Part shown: piece by piece, positions 28,053 through 39,371 of the stretch
How positions within the stretch are numbered: position 1 is the first letter of the stretch
How the letters are laid out: the number at the start of each line of letters is the position of its first letter
DNA from: Isurus oxyrinchus
Taxonomy: Eukaryota
Assembly: GCA_026770705.1 (NCBI GenBank)
Contig: JANJGN010000041.1
Location: 1,426,001 to 1,490,000 of the forward strand
Reading direction: 5' to 3'
DNA length: 64,000 nt
Notes under the pieces: model-generated
What the model saw: the letters and a program-made list of their open reading frames with translations, nothing else
Databases searched by the model: none
Told to the model about the DNA's origin: nothing
Made by a program: the position numbers and the translations under genes

Positions 28053-30075
28053 GAAAGTCATTATTTGAATTGTGCGCTGTGGAATATGTGGTCATGCTTC
28101 TAATTAGCAAAACGGTTTTCATCTCCCCATGATGATTTACCTAAAGAGCAGTTCCTCATCAATTGGGACAGAAGGCAGATTCGCAAGTATACATTGTGTG
28201 TAAAGCTTTTGGAAAGATCTGGATATCAAAATCCCCTGTGGGTAACGGCACTTCAATCCATCATGTTGCCTGCTGCCATCTTGGAGACATCACAATGTTT
28301 ACACAAATTTACGCATCCCAATGATTATCCAGGGCACTTCATTCAGAAAAAAAAAACATGCTTTTGAATCGACAACGGTGAAAGTCATACCAGACTTTAC
28401 GATAACCGATTAGGTAAACATAATTCACATCCAGACCACGATTGAGCATCCGGGGCGAACTGACGACAACCTGCTCCAGGTAATATCACAGCTCCACGTC
28501 ACCCATAACCGAAGCCGTTGAAGCCTGAAGTAAGGTTGCTATGGCCAGAGTGCCAACTGAAATGTACTCAATGTATTTTTCTAAGCACCAAACTGACAAA
28601 CTCGGAAAAAAAGAGCATTTGAAATCATGAAAATGTCCATTACGCATTCCACACTTTAACGCAATTCTTGAATTTGGACATTTCTTGTGTTATGTGATCA
28701 CTTCCCTTCAGCATATATAAATTCAAGCCAAAAGAAATAACAACCTTGCATGCAGTCGTCTCAAAAGACCAAGATAATCTTGCGTGAAAACAAAGTTTCG
28801 CCAAGAATTCCCTGGTTCTGTCAGCAACGCATCAAATTTTTGCTGCCTGGTAACTCACTGCACTTCAACTAAACTTCTGACTGCCAAAGGAGTCTGGATT
28901 TTGAACGACACACAATAAACACTTCAGAACACACGGTGCTTAAAAGTGAGATAAGCTATTCGATTTCAGCTTTGCATGCAACCCGAATTATGCATGGCTT
29001 GTTCCTCACACCTAACAGGTTCTCTGCCAACTGAGATGCACTGGTGACAAAAATGTCCACTGGGCGAGAAAACCAGTTATTTTAATAGACACCTAAATTA
29101 TTTGAAAAAGTCAGCAGACCTGAAAAAATCGGTGGAAAGTAAGACACTGTTTACTTTACGAGTCTGTGTGGCACTTCCGAAAAACGGTAATTTTTAAACT
29201 ATGTTTGGACGTGTTTGTATATATTGCTCTACGCAGGCTATCCTCACCACAATACTCCACTCCTCTTTAGGCAGTTAACATTCAGTCTGAAATGAAAACA
29301 GCCTTGTGGATATCCTATCCAGTCGCCTCATAAATGAATGAAACAAAATACGCTCTCCCCATGTAGCCTCTGCTCCTCTGACCTCAACTCCCTCCGCTGG
29401 TCCTCACTTCTGCATCGACAGCGTTCCAGAAATTGTGTGATTTTTAACCCTTCGATAGAACACCTTATTTTATTTCTGTGCTGAAAGCTGATCATGAGTT
29501 CTCAAGCTTTTTGTTATCCACTTTTCATGGCGCCCCTTGCGTACATGGATCCTTTTGCTGCACTAATGCTTTATCTCTGAAGATGGACCAAGAAGGACAG
29601 AAAATAGAGAGAGCCAAAACCCACGATTTGGAAACGTTGCTTCTGTCAATATTGTTTATGTTGCTGAATATAAAAGAAGAAATTAGCGTCTTTCTATAAC
29701 GTTTACATGTCATGTTTTGCATCTGACACATTGACATGGTTTTTGGGGATAATGGAAATAGAGCAGGGTTTTGTCACTGCAGCAGAAAAGCATCTGTAGC
29801 ATATGGCCGACTTGAATTCCTTGCGAATTCTTTGCGAGAGTTTGTGAGTGAAAAAAATGAGTGAAATAACTGAGGAAGGAGCAGCTTTGCTGCAGCACAA
29901 CGGACAAAACCGATGCCTTGCATCGATTTTTAAGAAAGAATATTTATCCCGTATAAACCGATGGAAGGTAAGTTTCTGCATTGAGCAGGCAAAGTGTGTA
30001 GCTATTGCTGCAAAATGAAAATCTCACCGCAAACTGGAACCTCAATGGCTTCCTGGGAAAGCAGAAGCAGGCCCC

Positions 30076-30147
30076 TCCTAGTTCGTATACTGGTTAGTAT
30101 CCCCGCCTGTCACGCAGGAGACTGGGGTTTAAATTCCCGACGGGGAG
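30076..30147 (+). tRNA. tRNA-Asp(GTC), probable pseudogene
   Basis: TCCTAGTTCGTATACTGGTTAGTATCCCCGCCTGTCACGCAGGAGACTGGGGTTTAAATTCCCGACGGGGAG: 72 nt colinear with vertebrate tRNA-Asp, anticodon GTC; substitutions in the D-stem and GTTCGA->GTTTAA in the T-loop. Confidence 0.85.
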
Positions 30148-30402
30148 ACAAGTCCACGGTCATATATTGCGAGGTCGAAAGCGCGCTCACGCTTTTGATT
30201 CGCAAACTGGTTTTAATTTCCACAATGTGACTGACAGAATGGGTATCTACAGGAGAGAAGGCAGATTTGCAAAAATCTAAAATGACCATATTTTCTGGAC
30301 AGAAGAGTTTATCAAAATCACTTGTGATCAACGGCGCTTTCCACCATCATTCTGTATTCTTACATCTTGTAAGCGTCGAAACGTTTACCCAAAATAACAC
30401 AT

Positions 30403-32119
30403 TTCCATTTGTGTCCACTGCTTATGCTGCCTGGGTTCCAGGTGCTTGTGCAGCACATCAATGCCGATGGAGTATTGAGTGCAAGGTTTATATCCGGAGG
30501 TTAGTACATCTCTCATTACTCAAACGTATGAAGCATTAAAAGAGACAGGAGGAGGCAATTCAGCCCATGGAAGCTGCACTGCTTTTCAATTGGAATGTAG
30601 CTGATATGTGGCGGAACTCCATCACTGCTCATTGGCTCTATGTACTTAAACAGTTTCCAAAGTGAAAGCTACCAAATGGAGTTTTTAAAATGATTCATTT
30701 GTTTTCTAAATTAACCTGGAAACACGATGCAGTTAATCCTGGTCTCCTCGTACTACCCATCTCCCTGTAGTCACTTACTGATATACTGCATCATTCATGT
30801 ACAATGTTTCCAAATCCCGAGACCTGCTCATCACCTCCTTATCTCTGAAATCACCTCCTGCACAATACTTAATTCAGGTATTAATAGTTCTCGAATTCAT
30901 ACATCATTTGCTTTCCTTGGCAGCAATGCATTCTGCTGCTGGAGCCTCGAGCTCCTGTATTCCCTCTGTTAGCCTCTCCACCTCGCTCTTCCCATTTTAG
31001 ATAATCCATAAAATAAAATGTTCTCATGTGAACTTCAGGTCGACTATTCTTAATACGTTTAGGGGTGGCTTTTGGTAATTTATCCCAATCTCAGACTTCT
31101 GTATGGTTCCTTGGGGCATTTCTTCACTCACCTGGAGCGCCAAAGGTTTCAACCTGCTAATTGGGCAGTGCAGACGCCTCCGTTCATCTCAGTTTGACAC
31201 GATTGGAGCTCTCTGAATATGGCTGGTCCCATATCCCTCACTTCTAACACAGTCTGGGGACCGTGTGCAGTGCTGATGTCTGTATCCCTCTGCAAGAGCA
31301 CCCTTGGAGAACAGTGCACAGTTCTGGTCTCCATATCCTCGGTTAGATAACATTTGTAGCGCTGTGCACAGTTCTGGTTTCCATATCACTCGGTTAGACC
31401 ACACTTGGAGCGCTGAGGATAGTTCTGGTCTCAATATTCCTCGGTTAGATAACATTTGGAGCGCTTTGCACAGTAATGGTCTCCATATCCCTCGGCTAGA
31501 CCGCACTTGGAGCGTTGTGCACCGATCCGGTCTCCATATCCATTGGTTAGTCGAAGCATGGAGCACTGCGCACAGTTCTGGTCTCATATGTGTTGGTTAG
31601 GCCACACTTGGAGTATTGTGAACAGTCCTGGTCACCATACCACTCGATTAGACCACGCCTGGAGCACAGTACACAGTTCGAGTGTCCATATCCCTCAGTT
31701 AGACTACATAAGGAGCACTGTGCACGCTTGTGGCCTCCATTAGCCTCGGTTCTTTTGGACCGCATGCAGAGCACTGGAAGCAGCGCTGGTCTCAATATCT
31801 CATGTTTAGACAGTACATGGAGCACTGAACACAGCACTGATATTCCTATCGAGATGTTAGATCACACTAGGTACACTGTGCGCAGCTCTTGGCTCCAAGT
31901 GCCGCTATGATATCATCAATGTCCATAGATGAGCTCTCAGTACGCATCAGCAATCAAAAGTGCGCCACACAATTCCATGGATCAATAAATCCCTTTGCAG
32001 GTATGATCTTGTGATTTTGGGACAGTGGAAGGACCTGTAATATGGGAGGATTCAATGAAGAGGAGACTTTGATGCCTTGGGAATGCCGATTCGTTTTAAA
32101 GTGCTGTGGGGCTGCATGA
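30403..32119 (+). pseudogene. Beta-defensin-like pseudogene, copy 1 (exon-1 remnant ~30403-30466; exon 2 32001-32119)
   Basis: Exon 2 after tttgcAG: (G)MIL*FWDSGRTCNMGGFNEEETLMPWECRFVLKCCGAA*, with the same Cys register as copy 4, C1 and C3 changed to F, and a stop at 32012. The exon-1 remnant LLMLPGFQVLVQHINA lacks ATG and GT (this assignment is weaker). PolyA signal decayed to AAGAAA (32249). Confidence 0.8.
31190..31897 (+). repeat. 51-bp CR1-derived minisatellite, ~14 units (intron of copy 1)
   Basis: Unit ~ctcggttagaccacacttggagcactgtgcacagttctggtctccatatcc; 17-aa periodicity in the ORF track; one frame reads LVRPHLEYCEQSWSP. Confidence 0.9.
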
Positions 32120-32479
32120 GGTAGAGAAAGTTGAATAAGTCGCATTGTGAAGCTAACTTGAGGATTTGGCTGAGACTGACTCTAATAATGTAATTCAGGC
32201 TATGATACTTGTTTAGATCCAAAGATTCGTGGCTTTCTGAATCATGTGAAGAAACTGTCTGTTTCGATCACTGCCTCTTTTCCCCGTGTCTCATTTCTCA
32301 CTCGGATTGGCGTGTCACCATATCGACAGGGAGGGAGGAGAGGTAAGGAAATTGTAGGGGCGAACTGGCATCTTCAAATGCCAATGTCAACATGCGTGTA
32401 GAAAATGCCAGTGTGTCATTAGCATCTTATAGCTCCTGAAAAGTCATGCTATCAGAATCAGAACTTCACTAAATGCCAA

Positions 32480-33230
32480 AGGTTCGCCAACCATATTCTT
32501 TGGTTTGTCATGGCCCAATGAAAGGAGCAAGGTACCATGCTTCTTGGCACAGGGGCATATAAGAAGTCCGAGCTTGCACTTGCAATGCTTGCTCAGCATT
32601 GACTCCAGGCACTGTCTTGTCACAAGGCTTGAGGGCAAACAGGGCAATGGGAAACTCCTGCTGACTCCAAGCTGCCTCTCTCCCGCAACTGATTCAATCT
32701 CTAATACTCCATTTTAAACACCACATCGAAAAGCAATGAGCATAACAAAGGAACATAATGTTTTCTGCTGTGGGACCAGCATGTTCATCACCCAGAGTGG
32801 CTCAGGGTCACCGTTACAGACCCATGTGGCAAAGCCATGTAAGGTAGAATAGGACTGAAGCAGGTGAACCAACAAGAAGGAAAATTCTTCGTGGCCTCAG
32901 CATCACCAATCCACCTGCTGCAGAAGCATCTCTCGCTGACGGTGTTGCTATGAATGACCACCGCAAAGCCCTACTGACAACAGCCCTCTGTTTTTCAAAC
33001 TGAGGACGCACTCCTTTGTGTTTTGTGACAAGCATTCCTTTCAACGGGGTAGTTTCAAAAGAGATCACACAGCACAACTCGCAACATCCATGAGGTGCCA
33101 TGGGCCGTCAGCAGTAGCAGAATTAAATTCAGGCACAATCTGCAAGACTATGGCCCGATATGCTCCTCACCCTTCCACGACCATTACCGTTAAACAAAGA
33201 GAAAAGGCATGGTTCTCGGGCAATGCAATG
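32480..33230 (+). mobile_element. CR1/L2-group LINE endonuclease-region fragment, shared downstream of all four defensin copies
   Basis: atgttcatcacccagagtggctcagggtcaccgttacagacc (32781) recurs on the minus strand at ~36750 and ~43740 and, more diverged, on the plus strand at ~50571. Confidence 0.7.
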
Positions 33231-34209
33231 AGAATTTCTGATTTTACTACAACAATCTAGCCTTAAATTATGCCCGTTCCTTGCAATTCTATACCGCAGT
33301 CTACCCTTCTAGCCAACTGGTATTCAGTTCTGGCATCTGTTGTATGACAATTCTACACTCTCCAGAGCCCAAGAGCAAAATGTTTCCCAATTACAAACTC
33401 AGTCTAAGTGTGCATGAGCTGATGTAATGATGAGCAGCAAGCAAACCTGAGGATCCAACCCTGTGGTCCGTCACCCCTTTGACGCATTGATCTACTTGCT
33501 CAGGCTGAAGTTACTAATGGTGCTTCATTTCAGCTGAGAAATATAAGATCTCAATTCCTACACACTTTTGGGATTTTCTTATGTTGACCTAGAGTTGGCA
33601 GCTCTACAAATGGTAATGTGCTTTAACGTAACTTTAATGAGACAAGGCAGCACAGAATGGAAATGAGGTTGTATTGGGAAAACATTTGTTCCTGGGATCC
33701 GGAGATTCTAGCATTATCAGTCACCAGACGCCAACCTGGATGCCGATTGTATGGAATGGTGGACTGAAGGCTTGAATCGTAAGGGATGGGCAGAAGTTAA
33801 TTCTAGATTGTTGTTGGAGCGTCAGAGTCTGTCGCCAAACTGGTCGAGAATTGTAAACTACGTACTATGTATGGGTGTATATTGTAGGGATGCACTCATA
33901 CCATTGCTTGAGAATCGCAAAAAAGTTGCTAAGCGAAGGCAACACATTCTTGCCTTTCTAGTGAAGATTACATATAGCCTGACAGAATTTTAAAAATCAA
34001 AAATATAAAAGAGCTAGAATAAGCAACATAACGGAAGTGGAGAAAATTTCGGGACGTTAGGATGGCAAATCCCCAGGGTCAGATAGTTTCCATGCCAGCA
34101 ATTGAAGGTAAAAGCTGAGAAATTGCGGATGTTCGGTCTTTACTATCTCGCAGTTCCATTCATCTCAGAATTATTCATTCAGGCTGGCTAACTCTTTAAG
34201 GCACTCTCT

Positions 34210-34413
34210 NNNNNNNNNNNNNNNNNNNNNNNNNNNNNNNNNNNNNNNNNNNNNNNNNNNNNNNNNNNNNNNNNNNNNNNNNNNNNNNNNNNNNNNNNNN
34301 NNNNNNNNNNNNNNNNNNNNNNNNNNNNNNNNNNNNNNNNNNNNNNNNNNNNNNNNNNNNNNNNNNNNNNNNNNNNNNNNNNNNNNNNNNNNNNNNNNNN
34401 NNNNNNNNNNNNN
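34210..34413. other. Assembly gap (204 N) flanked by CR1 fragments
   Basis: Run of N; CR1-like aaatccccagggtcagat on the left and CR1 3'-type sequence on the right. Confidence 0.95.
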
Positions 34414-34949
34414 GCAGTCAAGTTACCCTAATGTGACTTGTCAGGCGTGGAGGGAATGCAGGATATGCTTACCAGAAATGACACCCGGGCTAGAAGGGAA
34501 AATAGAATGGGAGAAATTGCACAAATCCTGCTTGTGCTTCCTGGAATTCGGAATGTTCCTGATTAGTTGGGTTGAAGTATTCAATGTGTTAAGGGGAACA
34601 GATGAGGCTGGAAAACAGAAAATATTTTCAATGGTGGAGGAGACTCACGCGAAGGGACTGCGTCTAAAATGTCAAGTCAGACTGTTCTCTGCAACATTTA
34701 GGGAACATTGCTACGTACATAGGCAGGACACAACGCTAACCCCCTTCTTAAGGAAGAAACAGATGAGAGATCTATTGCTAAAAATTAACTGTAAAATTGA
34801 AAGATTTCTGTGGCCCAGGGCTCAGGTCCACACCATGGTCACAACATGGATTCAGATGACACATTTTTCACAACTTTGTGGAATTCCAGCCTGCGCATTT
34901 TTCACACAGGCGGCTGGGAAGCAGCTGGAGCCCTGTTCTGGGGCGAATC

Positions 34950-35900
34950 CTTCCTGCCAAATCCTGGCGCCCATGTTCAAGTCTGTCAGACAGGACGGAT
35001 ACTCGTGACCGGTCAGTTCTGTGATCGAAGCAAGTTTTTACCAGGCTGATAAGCAGCCCGAGACGAGCACGACGTTTTGCAAGGATGGCCAGAATGGTGT
35101 CCAAAATTGGTGCAGGTACAAGCCAACAAACATTCTGCCCTCTTCCATCTCCTTCGACAATCCATACTTGGATTGTGTGTCCCACTTGCGAGGCCACCAT
35201 TTATTGACCATTCCTAACAGCCCATGAGAATTTCCTGGCGGTCTACTCCCCTGTGCCGCTACAACCCATGTGTTGCCTGTGCACCCGCAGACAGTCGGAG
35301 AGTGCGGTTTGCGCCGTGACATGAGGTTACAGATTGGGCTTGCGCTCAATCCTGCCTCTGCGGCAGCTGGCCCTCATAGCATCATGGATGCCCAATGCTG
35401 CGCTGCCCGACACGTTTGGGAGTGACACACAGCACCATGGAAGGTGCCCTGAGAGTGAAGACTGGACTTTTCCCCTAAAAGACTTGGTTCCGGTCAGTCC
35501 AGCTGATACCTGTCATGGACAAATTAATCTGCTCAAAGTTAGATTAGCGAGGACCGGGCCAAGCATCTTTCGCTCCTCGTGTTGGTTCTCTCACCACCTG
35601 CTACTGCAAAATGGAAGTCGAGAAAAATAGACGGTTTTGGCTGCTGCCTGCTCACGGAGGCTTGGAAAGGCAGATGCTCTCACAGAAACACATGCAAAAG
35701 CTAGAAACAGGAGGCTAGATGTTGAAGCTGTTGCTCTTCTTCACGTTTTGAAGATTGTTGCCATGCTGAAACAGCCTAGAAAGGGATACGTAGCCAGGCC
35801 CAAGCCAAGGAACGCCCCCAAGAATCGAATGGAGTGGAACAGGTGAAAGTCCCAAGCAGGCTTTTGAGTTCATTGAAGGACAGGGACCTTCCTTTCCTTC
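34950..35900 (-). mobile_element. Possible Tx1/L1-like LINE 3' fragment
   Basis: Minus-strand RLGLLISLVKTC resembles the Tx1 LLGLAKLAI region; otherwise heavily degenerate. Confidence 0.35.
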
Positions 35901-37064
35901 CAGCCTAACTGATAGATCCTTCAATACACAGCCAAGACAGTAAGCAATGATGCTGCTGAGTCATTGTTACTCCTTGGCACTGACCACCCCACAAACCCAG
36001 AGTTCACCCAGTGCCATCTTTTCAATCCCAGCTGATGTTACACCTGGATAAGCGTGATCCCAGTCTGAAACTGAAATTGATAGACACTAACTTTTACTTG
36101 TTTGTTTAGATACGTGGAAAGGACTATTGAAGAGTCGCTGGAGACAGCTGATGTGCTTTTAACAAAATAACAAATCTTTTATTAGGGAAGAAACGTTGAA
36201 CTATATTACAATATTTATTTACCCAGGGCAATACCTTTACAGATATATAAAGGTTTGTCAGGATAGCACATGTTACAAAAGCTATCTTAAACTCTAGTCC
36301 TCACTGTAAGCACAAAGTCCAATAGGCACCCTGCAGTCAGATAGACAACACTCTAAAAACACGTTACAGCTGTTACTTCAACCAGATGCAATGACTCTTT
36401 CTCCAACTCCCCCAACACCCTTATCGCCCAGTGAGCCAACTGGGCTCATTGATCCCCCTCCGTTTTCAGCTATTCGACATGCTCTGTATCTATCCAGTTT
36501 ATCACAGAGGGAGTACCAAACAACATAATGTCGTGTGTCCTGATGATTTACCTTCACAGGGGCTGGGCAGTGGTCACCCCTCCCCATGCCGCCTTGAGCA
36601 GAGGCAACTGCTGCGGGTAGATTTTTGAGGCCCGGTGAAGTGAAATTTCCCCCTATTGTTGTTTCTCTCACCTTCTGTCGCAGGCCACGTCTGACAGGTA
36701 TGTCCTTCAGGGGTCGACAACTATGGTCAGGCGTGAAATTACCGAACCACTCTTGGTGACGCGCATTAAATATCCACCGTTCCCCCTTCATAAAGAACAC
36801 ATCCTGTGTCCCCTTGTCTTCCGATGCTTCCCAATTGTTGATTGACATAGAGGAGAACAGATTGATCAGGCGAGCGAGGGAGGGTAGGAATCAGAATGCG
36901 GTGTCTTTGATCCTTTTCATTCCTCATGACACGAGGGGCTGGGTTGGCGATCAGAAATCAACAGGAAACTTCCTTTCCTGAGTTTTTTTTAATGCTGTTT
37001 CGACACGTCATAGATGCTGTTGGGAAGGTTGTGGGCTCAATTATTACTTTTTTAAACTAAAAAA

Positions 37065-37381
37065 GGGAGGCCAGCATTTATTGTCCAAGCCTAATTGCCC
37101 TTGTTCAGAGGCCATTTTATAGAGTCAGATACATTGCTGTGCACTTGGGTTCAATTGCAGACGAGACCGGCAGACCTCCTTTCCTAAAGAGCATTAGTGA
37201 ACCAACTGGGCTTTTATGATAATTGGTACTAGTTCCATTGGTTATTGTTAGAATTGTTACCTCCAGAAATTAATTGAACTGAAATTCCAACCTATGCCAT
37301 GGCGGGATTCGAAACTGGGTCCTCAGAGTTTTACTCTGGGTCTCTGACTTACCAACTCAGTGTCAATACAACTATGCCACT
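37065..37381 (-). mobile_element. tRNA-derived SINE
   Basis: Minus-strand head tggcatagttgtattgacactgag...gtttcgaatcccgcc (A/B boxes), body ttcactaatgctctttaggaaagg, and LINE-type tail aataaatgctggcc; a second copy lies at ~51236-51545(+). Confidence 0.75.
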
Positions 37382-37779
37382 TCCCCTTCCGAAGGTCTGC
37401 CAGCGGGCCTCAGATTTTGAGGGTCTGTCTGGCAGAACGTACACAGGGGTGGCAACGGGTGAACCTAGGGCATTAACCATAAGGAAAAAGACTGTGTTGG
37501 TGACTGTTTGGATCTAAAAAAAGACAGTATGGCCCGGCCATGATATCACCTCCCCTCACTCCCCGTCGGTAGGTTGATACACTGATCTGAGTGAGAAATG
37601 AGACGCGGATAAGAAGCGGTGATCAACACAGCCAGTTTTATGCACATGATCCAGAAAGCATTTGATCATTGGCCTTTGGACCTACAGAATGATGCAGAGC
37701 CTGAACGACAGAAATTCCAATTTGCTTCAGTCGGAGTCTCAGGCGGGTCTTGCAGTGGGACATCCTGCCTCCGGGTTAC

Positions 37780-39316
37780 TCAAAGAGGTTGGCAGCTCCT
37801 GAACTTGAAGCGGAGGTTGCAATTTCCTGTTGGCCCTGTACGCATCACAATGCTCACATGGGAGTCTTCTACAAAACATTCAACCCCCGTCACACAGCAC
37901 GATCGGGAATGGAAAACAGAAAGGAAGAGCTCATTAGTACCGCTGGTCAGAACTGCTGGGCACCCGCATGCACCTGAAACGGTTTTGGCTTAAAGTGCGT
38001 ACATGGAGTCCCGATATGTGAACAGTGGTCCATATGTGGTCTAACCGAGGCATATGGAGACCAGAGCAGTGCACAGTGCTCCAACTGTCGTCTAACCGAG
38101 GGATATGGAGACTGAACTGCGCACAGTGCTCCGATTGTGGTCTAACCGAGAGGTGTTGAGACCAAAACTCTGCACAGTGCTCAAAGTGTGGTCTATCTGT
38201 TGAGTATGGAAACCAGAACTATGTACACTGTCCGACTGTCGTCTAATTGAGGGATCTGGCGATCAAATATATGCTCAGTGCTTCGAGTGTGTTCCAATCG
38301 AGGGGTATGAAGTCCAGAAAAATGCAGAGTGCTCCATGTGTGGTCCAAACGAGGGATACAGAGGGCAGAACAGTGCACAGCGCTCTAGGTATGATCTAAC
38401 CGAGGGATATTGAGATCAGAACTTTGCAGAGTGTTCCGAATGCGATCTCAATGAGGTATATGGAGACCAGAAATTTTCACAGTGCTTAACGTTCTCTCTA
38501 AATGAAAGCATTAAAGATGGGAATTGTGCACAATGCTCTATCTGTGGTCCAACCGCGGGATATGGAGTCCTGAACAGTGCACAATCAGAATGATGTAGCT
38601 TATGCAACAACTTCATGAAATTTCAAATGGTGCCTCAAGACAGCATGTTAGAAAAATGATTTGACAGAGAGTGACATTAACAGGGATTAGTGGAAGGTGA
38701 CCCAATGCTTACTCGAAGATGGTGGATTGAAGGGCTATCACCAGGGAGGAGAGAGTGTTGGATAGTTTTACAGTGGGAACCTCCGGCCTTGGTCCCAATC
38801 AGTTGAAGGCATCGTGACCAATGGCAGGCTAGTTAATATTTCAGAAAGGATTGGAGGCAGAATGTGTGTGGCATAGGTATCTGGACGGCTGTTTGGGTTA
38901 AAGGAGATTACAGAGAGAGAGCGGGACGAGACAATGGAGACATTGGGAAATGTCATGTATGATTAATTCAAGATATCACCAAGGGAAAGCTCCTGGGTGG
39001 TTGATAGTTGAGCTTGGGTCATTAATGTGCGCAGTTTTTGAAAAAAAAGGCTCACACTGAAACTCACAGCTTTCTGTTTGGACAGGATTTTAATGGTCAT
39101 GGAACGAAGATTGTCCAATGGTGTTAAGACAGTTGTCAGCCGTGATCCAATTGAATGCGTGTATAGGTTTTTGGGGCTGAATGGGCTTCTCCTGTTCCAG
39201 AGAATTTTTCTAGACTTTGACAACTCAGAGATAACCTGCGTGGATAACCTACCGATAAGCTGGGACTCCAATAGCTCCAGCAGTCAAAGTACCGAGACCA
39301 GTGCTTTCCACCTCAT
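37780..39316 (-). pseudogene. Beta-defensin-like pseudogene, copy 2 (exon 1 39253-39316; exon 2 ~37780-37916)
   Basis: TATAAA at 39366-39371. Exon 1 MRWKALVSVL*LLELLESQLI + G|GTAGGT (phase 1), with premature TGA at 39284-39286. Exon 2 FHSRSCCVTGVECFVEDSHVSIVMRTGPTGNCNLRFKFRSCQPL*, with C3->S, the terminal CC lost and the acceptor mutated. Confidence 0.8.
38003..38585 (-). repeat. 51-bp CR1-derived minisatellite, ~11 units (intron of copy 2)
   Basis: Reverse complement of the 31.2 kb unit (ggtctaaccgaggggatatggagac...gcacagtgctcc). Confidence 0.9.
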
Positions 39317-39365
39317 CCCCTGAGCTCGCCAGAGTCACAGTGAGATGATTGGTATACGGAGGCTC

Positions 39366-39371
39366 TTTATA
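39366..39371 (-). promoter_or_regulatory. TATA box of defensin copy 2
   Basis: CATATAAAGA ~50 bp upstream of the ATG; the homologous position in copy 4 reads GCTAAAAAGA (~48747). Confidence 0.6.

Noticed and set aside
29625-29670. Hydrophobic LETLLLSILFMLL resembling a defensin signal exon
   Set aside because: No ATG, donor or gtgactc 5'UTR motif; the remnant at 30403-30466 aligns better.
31189-31910. Overlapping ORFs with 17-aa repeats; superficially CRISPR-like regular repeats
   Set aside because: A contiguous 51-bp tandem array without unique spacers, derived from CR1, with no cas genes and in a eukaryotic context.
37619-37993. Mutually similar ORFs 37619..37993(+), 44119..44433(+) and 49637..49966(-) that look like a protein family
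   Set aside because: They are antisense readings of the defensin exon 2 and 3'UTR; splice sites, polyA signals and the Cys pattern all lie on the opposite strand.
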